This document shows, piece after piece, positions 1-12,293 of a DNA stretch of 20,000 bases. Position numbers and translations under genes: made by a program. Each line of letters opens with the position of its first letter. Within the stretch, counting starts at the first letter, position 1. The notes under the pieces are model-generated. The model saw only the letters and a list, made by a program, of their open reading frames with translations, searched no databases and was not told where the DNA came from. The DNA is from Vermamoeba vermiformis (Eukaryota). The stretch lies in contig JBEWZL010000278.1 of NCBI GenBank assembly GCA_045837725.1, forward strand, positions 486,092-506,091. Direction: 5' to 3'.

Positions 1-939
1 ATGGTACATCTCCGTGTTGTTCTGGCTTGCTCCACACCTTTTTATCTGTCCATAGCGTTAGTTAATGGACCATAGATGGCACCAGCAATATAGTTGTATT
101 ACCTAAATCTAATATATACATGTCGTTGTAATGTAACCGCGACTGGAAGTAGTTGGATCCGCCAAAGATATAAACTTTGTTTTTAATATATACAGCGCCG
201 TGGCCTGATCGCGGCGAAGGTCCTTGGCCTTGAAATTTGTTCGTGGCGTTCTCCCATTCTTTGGTTTCTGCGAGATTTGGTCAGAATTAATTACGAATTC
301 CACTTTGTGATTGTGTCCGAATCGTAATCTCTTATTGATTGAATCCAACATTAAATTTTGATAAAATGGATGGAATAATTCTTCCATCGAATTATTGTTC
401 AAAATTTGTAAAGAAAAGTGTTGTCGGATCGGCCAGAAGCGCATAAACATTGCCGGCTGAAAACTTACTCAGATTAAATATTTGGACGTCGTTGTAATAA
501 GTGCCGTCTCCATCTTCAGAACAATAGCCACCGAAGAATAAAACCAAGTGATCAGCTATTTTTGTCGCAGATCCGGCAGCACGCGCACTTGGTGGTCGAC
601 CATGAGGTTTAAATTTTAACCAGCGCACTAAATAGAAATAAAATACATTAATAAACTAATATTGCGCGACAAGGATAAAGGGCATTAGCGAAACAACAAG
701 AAAGACTCTCGCCAGATGCGCTAATGTATTGTATTGCATAATTAATAGAGCCAAAATATATATTTGCATGCATTGATGAGTAGTTTGCACGAGGGATAAT
801 AAGCATAAAAATTTAAAATGGAAATTTAAAATTACAGATGGGCCAAACCACGCCCGAACAAAAATAAGATAATTCTAATTCGGGACCTACCAGTTTTATC
901 TGCTTTTTTATTTTTTGGGTCTGCCGTCAAGTTGAACAT
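1..939 (-). CDS. Kelch-repeat (beta-propeller) protein, 5' part; continues beyond window start
   Basis: Predicted exons 939-891, 627-469 and 46-1 splice to MFNLTADPKNKKADKTVRWLKFKPHGRPPSARAAGSA...LFFGGY...YYNDVQIFNL-NKKVWSKPEQHGDVP. This shows the Kelch hallmarks W-x5-G-x2-PSAR, hydrophobic-GG, ND..(F/Y) and W. The start codon is uncertain. Confidence 0.8.
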
Positions 940-1262
940 CCAGATTTCTGTCTACTTCATGCTTGATCCAAATAATTCGCTCGAAACCTTTGTACAAAAT
1001 AAATATTGTCTATTGTCTACACAAGAAAGTGAATTCTCTGCTAGTAATCTCCCAAGTGCGGAAGAAGTCGCAAAAGCAGCGTTTTTTCAGGCCATTTTTT
1101 TGGCTGGCGATTTTGGCCCGAATTTTTTTACATGACCGTTACGCGGTTATGGCATTTATACTAGAGTGTTGGAACGATACCACGAATATTTATATTACTG
1201 GGGTTTAATCTGTGCAGGCGACAAGCGATTGTTCTTGGCAACTATATGCAAATCCTTTGTTG

Positions 1263-3820
1263 ATGTACACGAACTCGCTTCCCAACTCGCCTTACCGGCG
1301 TATTGCCCCTCCAACGTCGCCACAAACGCCCATAAATGATACATATTTAACACCAGCAAAGCCACGTACTCTATCACCCCTCACACCGAGTAAATTAAAT
1401 GGAGCGGATTTATCAGTGACGTTGTCTGAACTGCGAAACCAATTGCAAAGTAAAGAGCTGCATTACCTACAAAAAATTAAGGAATTGGAGGAGGATCTCA
1501 AATATGTCAGCGAGAAATATAACGAGCTTGTCGCAGATCCAGAACATCAGAAGTTTTTATCGGTGATCGACCAACTTCAGGTAATTAACATGCAAGTTCT
1601 CGTGCATAAATTAAAAAATAATTATTCAAATATATGGCACGTAAACTAAAACATTTTCACGGTCAGATCAAGATCTCTCAACAACACGACGATTTAAAAA
1701 TGCGTGATGATAGAATCGATGATCTACAAAGGCTAGTCGATGACCAGGGTGCGCGAATGGAAAATTTGGAGGCTAAGTTGAAAGAACAGACGTAAGTTTC
1801 AATCAATTGACTAAAATGATTTAATTCAAGAAATCGAGATATTAAAGATTCGATACTCATTAATCACATTCTATAGGCTGCTTGTTATTCAAAAATATGA
1901 GGAGTTCCTATCGACATCCAAGACATACGCGAGAGCGATTACCGAAAAAGACAAAATAATAGAAAATCTTACAGAGCGATTGAACAATATTACTAAACAA
2001 AGTAAGCTCATAAATACTTATTTTCTTGTAGTTTCGGTTATTCGGTTAGAAAAACACAAAACTTTTGAAATTTCTACGATCGGATCTATTTTAATAATAT
2101 TTAAAGATTCGCAGTGATTAATCAATGGCTAATTGATGCATATTTAAATAGAGGAGGATTCGGAGAGATTAGTCCAATCCGAAATCGAACAGTTGAAGCT
2201 TCAAGTCAAAATTAAAGATAGACAGATCGAGGCAGTTAGTATGCAATATGAAGCAGCGAAGAGTGAATATGATGAATCATTGCACTATTTTGAGCAAATG
2301 ACGCAGAGTTCTCAGAGCAATTTCGATACTCTCAGTAAGCGCATGAACGAGCAAATGGAAGAAATTCTGCTGAAAGACAAACAAGTTGAGGAGCTTAATG
2401 CGCGTGTCAAGCAATTACTTTCGCAAGGTACGTCATGATATTACTAATGGGCGTATTTATACTTATGATTCAATAGCGTACACGGCGAAAAATATGTACG
2501 AGGACTCTGTGCAAGCATTAAATGTTGAGCTCGCGTCCAAGTCCAAGCAACTCACGATCTTGCAAAGCCAAGTCGAAATTCTGAAAATAGAAGCTGCGCA
2601 AAAGCAATCCGAATACGAACTTGCATTGCATCAAGAACGACTCAAGTTAGACGTCAAAAAAGTCGAGAATTTGGAGCGCGAGAAGAACGAACTTAAAGAG
2701 GAAAACAAATCACTCTACGAGAAGTTGAAAGAGCGAGAGACGCAAAGTCAGTTGTTGGCCGTGAAAATCGATTCTGTTGAGTTACAGAAGGACAACATGA
2801 CCAAACAACTCGATGGTAAGGCTTTGATACAAAAATGTACAACGTGTTAATTCTTCAACAGAGTTGCGGCGCGAGGTCAGTCAGCTGCGCGACGAGTTGA
2901 AGCAGAAAGATGAGTTGCTGGTCGTGTACAATCAAAACAACGCGCAGTTGCAGAATGACTTGCAAGGCCTACGGCAGTCGATGACTGAAGTAAAACAGAG
3001 CCACGAGGTTGTAGTAACACCGAGGCGCGTGGTAGAGGAGGTCGTTGTCAGTGTCCCAACGCCGACTGAAGTGATGATGGATCGTCTCGTCGAGCGCCAA
3101 ACTGAAGTCAACGAACAGCCTTCTACAGTCGTAGAAATAGCCTCAGAAGAGCCTCTAAGAGCATCACAGATCGAAGAACAGCAAACAGAGCTAGAATCGA
3201 GTTCTCCCGCTGAAGTGCCTGTCGTGGAATCGTCTTCTGCGGACACGTCTGTAGTTCAGTCTCCGACGGAGCCGAGCGCAGAGACAACAAAACCAACCGA
3301 TGAAATTGGCGTTACTCGCGACGAAGTTAAGCAAGATCAGCCAGATCTTATCGAGGCTACCGCTACCAGCGAGCTTACGGAAAATGGCTCACGTGCTCAA
3401 CACAGATCCGACGACGAAAAAGATAACTCAGAAGAGTCTGTGTCCGAGAGCGAAAGCAGCGAAGAGAGTATGAGCAGCGAGAGCGAAGAGAATCCCAAAG
3501 AATTGAGGGCAAGCAACTCTAGTTCCGTTGCAAGCAGCTCGACTGGCGCCGCATCGAAGTTCAACACGAATCCGGCCAAGGCCGAACCGAAACAGCCTCC
3601 TGTCAAGGTTCAAGCTACAATTACGAAGAACTCCTCGAGGAAAGGGCCTAGCAAGCTATGCGGAGTTTTGATACTGATTTTGTGGCTGTTAGTAAGTTCG
3701 ATCGCGCTTTTTATGGTGAAACCAGAGCTTGTAAGTTCTTTCATCGATATTCCGGCGTCTTCAGAAATACTTTCAACCGTGTATAGTACCGTGTACAATT
3801 ACGTTAAATCTTACCTGTAA
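1263..3820 (+). CDS. Long coiled-coil protein with acidic/Ser-rich region and a single C-terminal transmembrane helix
   Basis: The ORF pieces join through GT-AG introns starting near 1581, 1792, 2002, 2428 and 2815. The product has a Pro/Ser-rich N-terminus, E/K/Q/L heptad-like segments, and the hydrophobic stretch LCGVLILILWLLVSSIALFMV preceded by basic residues. Stop TAA at 3818-3820. Confidence 0.8.
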
Positions 3821-3977
3821 ATAAATTAAAGCACGCAAATCTGAACCTTTTGTTTTGGTGTATCGTTGGAGCATTAACACGGTCATTGTCAAGTCTTTTA
3901 ATTAATAACTACGTTAATCAAAACCGTTGTTTTATTAGTTCGGTTAATTGGGACAGTTATTTATTTCCCGCCGCAAG

Positions 3978-6900
3978 ATGGAAGAGACACAGGGCAAAAA
4001 GAAGCGGAATAAAAGAGGCGGTGGCGTATACGAGCATGGGTTAATAACGGAATATGAGTCAGAACCATCTAAAGACAAAAAGAAAGAGCAAAAATTGGCA
4101 GAATCAACCTATAACGATCTACCAACGATTAATGTGCCAGGGAAAAACGAAGACGCGCCAAATTATATTGAAGATACGCAGACTGAATCAGAGCTGACGA
4201 AAATTGCAAATACAAAAATCTGTAAGGAATTTTAATTTTTGATATATTTTTAAAAGCGGTAGAAGGCATCGTAAATTCGGTTAAAATGTCGAAATATAGA
4301 GTCCAAAAAATCGTTCGATACTAGTTATAGCATTGCTAATTTATTATTTTGGTGCAGCACCGAGATCCACGCCCAGATCGAAAATTGATACTGAACAATT
4401 AAACAAAATATTGGTCAAAATGCCCAAATCTCAGCTCAAGGAGCTAATCACCGACGTTATTAATATTGACGATGAAATGATGATATTGATTAAAAAATAC
4501 GCCGACGCTCAGGCGAACTTGCGCATCCAACCTTTCAAGAAAGATTGGAACAAGGATTATCAAGCGATATTGAGTGAACCCGACAGCGAGAGCAAATTCA
4601 AAAAGCTTTATCATTTAGCCCACGATTTCGTTTACGCTGCCAATACGTTCGTGTCACTTTTGTATCTCCTCGTAATCTCGCTAACCTACGACTTAACAGG
4701 TACGCTAAAATTATCATCTCAGAACTGGCCTTGCCTCCTGACGAAAAAACAATAGAGGTAAGCTATAAACGATAAATTACAATGCATTCTCACACGTACT
4801 TCAGTTGATGGACATTGGAGGTATCGCAGGTGGCACGTAAGTCGAGCACTGCATCGATTATTTAAGATAATAACGTCTCGTAGTAAATTTGTGTGTCAGA
4901 ATATTCTGTTCAAGTTCGTATTGGATTTTGAATTGAAGCAAGGCCTGTGGATGTACGGAGGAGACTCTAGGAACGACGAATATGTACGACGAGCGACCGC
5001 CACTCGTGGTCAATCCATACTAACGTTGCATATATTGTAGGCGATGAAGGCTGCAGCACATGAGCTGAAAGGATTGATTGGCTATTATTCTTGCAACATT
5101 CCAGGTCTCAACTTTCCGTTGATGGCGATGATCGATTACAAAGGATTCCGTGTAATTGCAATGTCCATTCTTCCGATCAACTCAAAAACAATTAAATATG
5201 GTAAGTGTACGAAGCAGCACTGCCTAGTTAGCTAACAAGCTTAATTAGGTTCGAGTGACGCCGGAACAAATGTTCACTGCGACGTACCTGAGCTAAACGA
5301 GAAAATGGATCGTGCTGCAACGATTTTAAACTTGAAGAAGCATGTGATTGGTGCCCGTGAAGGCAGCAACATTCGGTTGAGCAGTCCCGGTGATTTGGAA
5401 GGACATTTGGGTCTCGTAAGTTATTTCAGCACGTGAACTTCGTTGACTTAGTCAACTCATATTATGTAGGACGGGCGATTCTACTTGCTAGATTTCGCAA
5501 GGACCTTACCACCTGAGGGCCCTGATGTTGAGTACGTCCACCATGCTTTAATGAATTTTACTAACGTTTGTAGTCCTAAATTCCGCGAGAGCCGACAGGT
5601 TTATTATAAGCTGCTACGACAAGAGGTAAGCAAATCACTATCAATCTGACTAATACGCATGATTTGCTAACTAGACTTGTAGTTTGTTCGTATTTGGCCA
5701 ACGCCTTTGTGTTCCGATGCATTCACGGCCTGGCAGAAAAATGATCCCGAGAAACAAGTAAGCACACGGTACCATAATGCATTGAACCTAACGTCGTTGT
5801 AGCAAAATGATTTGGAGATAATGAAGGCCACAAAATATTTGATGACACGTGCCATTCCTGATTTTGCGGACAAATTGGACAAACTGTTGCCTAATGAAAG
5901 TGCTAGCAGTCCGTCTTTCGTTATGAATAGGGCTGCTTTCGCTGCCGAATTTGCAAAGATTCACAAGCAGTTTGATTTCTCGCGGGATTTGGACCCGAAC
6001 AAAACCGCTGCAGGAAGTAGCGCGCAGTCTTTGGAGATCAATCACACGATCGAAGAAATGCATCGACATGGTATCAACATCAGACATCTTGGGCTGCTGA
6101 GGACGTTCTCAAGGTCTAAGCCCGTCAAACGATTGCTCTTATTGGAAATGGTGGCACGCGTCATCAAAGACGTTCTGAGGTCTCAAATGAGAAACATTAT
6201 GCGAGAGGTTCGAGTGTTGTCAGAAGAACCGTTCAAGCAGATTGTATTGAAGACGTTCAACTACACTCTTGGCCGCGATCCCCAATCAGCGAAGTTTTGG
6301 GCAATCGTGAAAAATCGACTGGTTCGCAAATTCAAGAAAGCCCTGGCAGACAACGAGCTTAATGTAAGTTAAAGTCTTGTTATTGATAATACTAACACCC
6401 ATAGACCGATTTGCACGATTCGATCAACATGTTCTCGCTATTTTCGCGATTGCAAGAGCTCGTTGGAGTAGAGCTTACGTCAGAAGCGAAGCAAGAGTTG
6501 CGCGATTTCCCTGATAGCTTTGAGTTCGTAAGCTCTGACGTGCTCGAAGTCTATGCCAAGGTCAAGCACTTGAACATTATCGATTATGCCGGTATGTTGT
6601 ATTACGTTCCATATAAGTATTACGTGCTAATTATAATCACAGAGGGCATGGCTCTGTCTTTTATGGCTAAGAAAACTGACGGCAAAAGAGAGCGACTACG
6701 CTTGCTGAAACTCAGTTCACAGAAGTTCGAAAGTGCTTTGCGTGCTCTTCCCGACAGCTTCATGACGCTGTATCAATGGGGTTGCGTGCTCGTAGAAGAA
6801 GCCAATATGAACGTTGCAGCGAAGGCTCAGCAGAGCTTGGAGAAGGCCTGCGAAAAGTTCCGTGAGGCCATTATTATCAACCCGAAATTTCAGGAATGTC

Positions 6901-9900
6901 AACTGCGGCTGGGTGACGCATTGATTCAACTCGCCAAGATGAAAACGACCACCGATGTTAGAAGCAGAGTAATCAAGAAGCTTTACAAACAAGCTAGCGA
7001 AGAGCTCCGCAAATCACTGGACATCAATGTAGACTTCAAAGGTTTCGAGTCGGTCTTCCAACGCATTCAAACAATGTACATTACTGCTTCGGACGACAAA
7101 GAGACTTACAAGCGAAGAAAGATGATGTTCTACGGAATTTCCAAGATCTGCAAGCACCTCTACAATCAATTGCTACAGCATCGAGAGGCTATTCTACGCG
7201 TAGATCAAACTTCCGTAGAAGCACTGGGAAGGCTCGAAGAGATGCAGAAGATTATGGACGAGCACGGAGAGACTTTGAAGGCGATTCAAGACCTTGATTT
7301 TGCAAATGTCAGCAATACGAACAACAAAGAGACTACAGCGACTAGACCGCGTTCAGGATCAACTGGAGGAGTGAATCCATTGCGTGTTTCGGCAAAAGCG
7401 AAGAATCCGTTGTACGTGCCGGGTTTTCGTGGTTCAATTGACATCTTCGGAGCGAAGGCAGCGAACAATAATTATTCGCAGCCAGTAATGAGCAAGTCAA
7501 AGTCTTTAACAGCGACAAACTCCGAAGACAAAGATTTGTACGGTGGTGATCCTCTCTACAACCAAGCAATGGAAGACGATGAATTAAGTCAACTGTTCCG
7601 AGGCGCTTACACCGAGGAATTGTCTCCAGTTCCCAGCACTAGCGGTAATGACACGCTGCCGTCACCTCGTTCAAAGTTTAGCAAAAAGCCAGGCTTACTA
7701 AAGACCAAGTCCACCTCCGCTCCAAAGATTCAGCGACACCGTAGAACTGTGTCTGATCCACTCGGCAAAGAAGATATGACTTACGAAGATCGAGTTGCTT
7801 ATTACAACAGAATAACTACGGAAGTGACTAGCATTTGGAGCGATTCACTGCTTCAATACGCCTCTATGAAGAAGTCGTTTACCTCGGCGGAATCTTTGTT
7901 CACCAAATCAGCCGACGTTTTGACTAAGCTCATCGCCATCGATGCTAAAAATGACGATGTTATTCGTAGAAACGTCGAGTATCTCAAGACTAAAGCAAAG
8001 GGTACGTGCATAGCTCGCTCTAATTCGAGGATCTAATCTCATTCTTGCAGCAAATAAAAAGCTTCACTTCGCCATCTCCGAGCTGTACAAGGTGCTCGAG
8101 AAGCAAGAAAACCATAAGAATGACGAGTCAATGCTGTACGCTTGGGGAGAGTGCTTGTTGGAATACGCGTCGTGCTTTTTCACGGAAATCGAACGGTTCA
8201 CCCAACTGCACGCCGAAGCCGGTCAGAAGTTCGAGCGATTGTTGAAGATATCTTCAACGTATTTGGATAATTATGTTATCAATTTGCTTTGCAAGCAAGA
8301 CAGGTAAGGGTCCTTATTAGTACTCTACGAAAAACAACTAACAAATGTTGTTTCAGAACGGCTCTCGAGCAATTGATCCTGCTCCTTCCTTCATGCCCTT
8401 CGTTCCTGGAAAGAATTAAAGCGTTGAGTGACAAGTTCACTGCGATTAGTTTTGAAGGCAGCTCTCAATTGACAGGTATTATTATTATATTGATTTGTTC
8501 ATGAAACCAAGCGCTAATCCGTGCATCGAAGATGATATCTTGGACCAAATCTTGCCAGTGCTCCCTCACTTGCAAGAAGTCAATTTCAGCTTCGTGAAGT
8601 CTGTCACCGATAGCAGCTTGGCGGTTATTGCCAAGAAAGCGCCGCAATTGCAAAAAATCAACCTTTCCAATTGTACAAATATCACTGACGAGGGTATTCT
8701 CGTGATGTGCAGCAATTTGAAAGAGCTTCAAGAGATCAACTTGGCAAATTCGAGCATCACTGACGAATCCGTGCAACACTTGGTGACACATTTGCCGAGT
8801 AAGTTGATGCTAGCGTATTGTTGACAGCTAACGAATGTCGTTGTAGAGCTGAAGAAGCTGGACTTGGAACGTTGCAAGATTACCAATGCAGCTCTGCGGC
8901 ACATCGCTCAGGCTCGGAGTCTAGCGTGTTTGGAAAGTTTATCGTTCAATCGCTGTTTGAAAATCGAAGACTCAGGCCTTGCTGCGTTTGAAACACGTAA
9001 GTACTGCAGATTAATTTCGCGTTGCTGGGTTAGCTAACTTAAATTCGAAGAAAAATGCCCGAGCCTGAAGAATATCGAATTGAACGGTTGCTCACAGCTC
9101 ACTGTAGAAGCAATTCGTTCTATTCTTGTGTCATTTCCGAACCTCACAAGCTTGTCCCTCGAATCGGACTACAGCATCAATGACGAGTGCGTCAGCATTA
9201 TCAGCGGCTTGACAAAGTTGGAAAAGTTAAATATGCGCAACACCAAGGTCACGAGCAAAGGCTTGGTCCACTTGACTGCTTTGCTCAACTTGACTTATTT
9301 GGATATTTCAAAGTGTCCTATTTTGCCGAAGATCAAGGAGGCCAACAAAGTGCCCGACGCCTCTTCCTCGCAAGATTTCACGCCCGAGGAGCCCGGCAAT
9401 TTCTCTAGTAAGATTGATACCGTATTGCAACGTATTTATACTAACGACGTTTTCAAGCATTGGTACACAATTTCGAGGGAATTGAACGTGAAGAGTTGAT
9501 CGAGGTTGACAAGTCGTTGGAGGCATTCATGGAAGTAGTAGGACCTCGCCTTAACACGCTGTTGATGGCACAGTGTCCTACGATACCGAATTACTACTTC
9601 TCGTTGCTGGGCCGCAAGCTAGTGGGACTGTTGCAGACTCTCGACTTATCAGAGAACCGCGAATTGACTACGGAGGCGCTCATTAGCATCACAAAGGGAT
9701 CTCCAAACTTGGAAAGTCTTACGCTTGACGCGTGTCGGTTGACGGATACCGGTGCATTTGCTATCGCAGACAACTGTCTGAGAATCAAACACTTGAACTT
9801 GTCGCGATGCAGCGTATCGGATAGCGCGTTGAGTTACTTGGGTTTGAAGTTGAACAAGTGTCAGACGTTAATCTTGGCCGGCAATTTTGCCATGACAGAT

Positions 9901-11224
9901 AAGGTAATAGCACTTCGGATAGAATTCCATTAGCTAACTCGTTGCTAGGCAATGACCTCAATCGCCAATCATATGAAGAGCTTGAGACATGTTAATGTGG
10001 GCTCTTGCAACAAAATTAAGGTAAGCCTTCGAATCCACGAGTACGTGATCTAATACACAACTGAAGGACGACGGAATAATAGACTTGCTGTACGCCATTC
10101 CTGAAGTCGAGTTCATCAACTTGGAGAACTGCAACATTTCAAATCGCACTTTACAGAAGATCGGCGCAATTTGCACGAACTTGAAGACACTTATTATTGC
10201 AAGGTGTACTACGATCAATGACGGTGGTATTGAAAACTTGGTGTCCGGCTCCAAGACGTTGCGCAAGCTAGATCTAACTGGACTCAACTTAATCGGTGAT
10301 AGAGTACGTTAATTCAACGGTGGATTGCAAAGTTTGCTAATGTTCTCGTAGGCATTGATCGCCATTGCAAAATATTTGCCGTACTTGGAGCACATTGTGT
10401 TGAAGAACTGCGACAACGTAACTGAAAAGGGTATTGCGACGTTGGAGTCGAACAAATCCTTGAAGTCGATGATATTGCCTGAAAAGGATTTCAAGTTAAT
10501 CAAGGTAGGTTGTCGCTGTTTAGGATAACGAGTATATTAACATCTATCTAGGAACTCGGAAGCGCTTTGAAAGATCCAAAAATCAACACGCTGATCTACA
10601 AACCTATTTTGATCAACTCTGCAGAAAAACGACGAAACCCGTCGGTCGGAGGTAATACACCTGTAACCAACCATTTTATCGATGTTAATTTTTGCTGTAG
10701 AAGCGGAACTGCTTGAAAAGCACGCAACCATTCACAAGCGCCGTAGACAGTTGCGAAAAGAGAGTACTGGCGAATTGCCCGAAATGCCATTACAGTTGTC
10801 AGTCTCTGTTACCTCTGACACGGGCTCTGAACTGTCAACAAGTACCAACTTGACTGATTCTGACTCCACGGCACAGAACTCTCCTCGAGCTTTTCGAATT
10901 AATTCCCCACTTCAATCGAGCAATTCTTCTGTACAGGCTCCCAACTCGCCTCTCTTGACCCCTAGATCTCCTCGCACTTACGTAGATTTCAACACAAAGT
11001 TTACGTACAAAGAACTCAGTGCTAAGGAGAAGCCAAAAGACTGTGATGCTCAGAACTTAGAGGTATGGAAATTCTGCTGTTACTTTCCAATTCTAATATT
11101 CCATCTGTAGAAATACTTGAATGAAGAGGAGTTTATCAAAGTATTTGGTACAACATCTGAAGAGTTCTACAAGTTGCCAAAGTGGCGACAAAATCAAAGG
11201 AAAAAGGACCTAAAGTTGTTTTAA
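3978..11224 (+). CDS. Clu-domain protein with TPR-like helical repeats, RNI/AMN1-type leucine-rich repeats and a C-terminal villin headpiece
   Basis: Clu-type motifs after splicing: DWNKDYQ, HDFVYAA, GIAGG.KF, KAAAHELKG, PLMAMIDYKGFR, YGSSDAG, DLEGH..DGRFYLLDFAR. TPR-like WG..L segments lie at ~6.7-7.1 and ~8.1 kb. LRRs such as LQKINLSNCTNITDEG span ~8.5-10.5 kb. The C-terminus ...NLEKYLNEEEFIKVFGTTSEEFYKLPKWRQNQRKKDLKLF* is a villin headpiece. About 20 short introns. Confidence 0.88.
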
Positions 11225-11809
11225 TTAATTGTAAATAATAGTTGTAAAATGTTTTTAATCAATTTTGTTTTGGATTATCTTCATTATGTAGCTGTGCAGC
11301 ACCTAACTGTCTCCAATTGAGTAATAATGCAGCTACTCAACATGTTGACTGTGGAATTCTGTTGGTGAGAATAAATTTGTGTTTCTTCACTATGAATAAA
11401 TTATGTGTAGTTTTAATTTTTTGCTTTCTCCTCCATGAATACACTTAAAAAATAAATAGCTCACTTTAGTGTATTTCTGAGCATAAATATTTTGTAAGGG
11501 GTTAGGGTTGATAGATTTTGGAGTCTAGTTTTTCATTGTGTGGTAGTACAGTGTATCTGTTGCTATTGGATCTAGTAGAAGGATTTAAAACCGTGTAGTA
11601 CACAATAGTCTGTTCACAGTGGTGGAATTCTTGCAGGAACATTGTCAATTTCCTGTGGGCAAACAAAAAATTCTGTGATGAAATCCTTTACTAAGTTATC
11701 ACTATGGAAATTCGCTGCACCAAACAAATAGTGGCTAAGCCTCCTTTGCTAATTATTGTATTACACTAAGAACAACAGTTGTGACTGTGCTGGTCATGAT
11801 TAAATATTG

Positions 11810-12190
11810 TTGCTGCCAAGTATGAGATTCATCAGCTGTTGGAAGGTGGCAGGTGTATTTGTTAGACTGAAGGACATGATGTTATATTTGAATGAACCCT
11901 CCTCTGTGATGAATGCAGTCTTTTCTTTGGCCTTTCTGCTAGTTCAATGTGATAGTGTGATGTTACAAGATCAAATGTTGAGAAATATTTCATATTTCAT
12001 ATTCTGTCAAATCTCTTGAGGTTGTCATCAACCAAAGGGATTGGAAAGATGTCCTTCTTTGTCACTGTGTTCAATTGTTGATAATCCACACGAAAGTGTT
12101 TTGTTCCACCCTTCTGGAACAACAGGTTTTTTTAACAAATTAAATATGGGCTGTTTTTTTTGGTCCACGTAGAGTTCATGGTTGGACCCT
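11810..12190 (-). mobile_element. Degenerate Ty3/Gypsy LTR-retrotransposon reverse transcriptase fragment
   Basis: Minus-strand translation with frameshifts reads FRVDYQQLNTVTKKDIFPIPLVDDNL..MKYFSTFDL..HYHIELAE..KEKTAFITEEGSFKYNIMSFSLTNTPATFQQLMN. This matches the Gypsy RT consensus VDYR.LN..T.KD.YPLP.ID / YFS.LDL / KTAF.T..G / MPFGL.NAPATFQR.M. It breaks off before the YxDD motif. Confidence 0.9.
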
Positions 12191-12293
12191 ATTATCAGTT
12201 GCTGATTTCCCTCTGTTGAAGAGAAATAAAGAATTTACGAGGGAAAAAGGTAATTCAATGTATTTATTTTTAACGAAATCAAGGAATGACTTG

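Noticed and set aside
932-1208. Short + strand ORFs between the divergent genes, and the many antisense ORFs inside the large genes
   Set aside because: They have no recognisable motifs and are explained as promoter/UTR sequence or as shadows of real coding exons.
11496-11510. Telomere-like GGGGTTAGGGTT, and TTAGGGG in the 48-bp unit
   Set aside because: Only one to two units, which is expected by chance.
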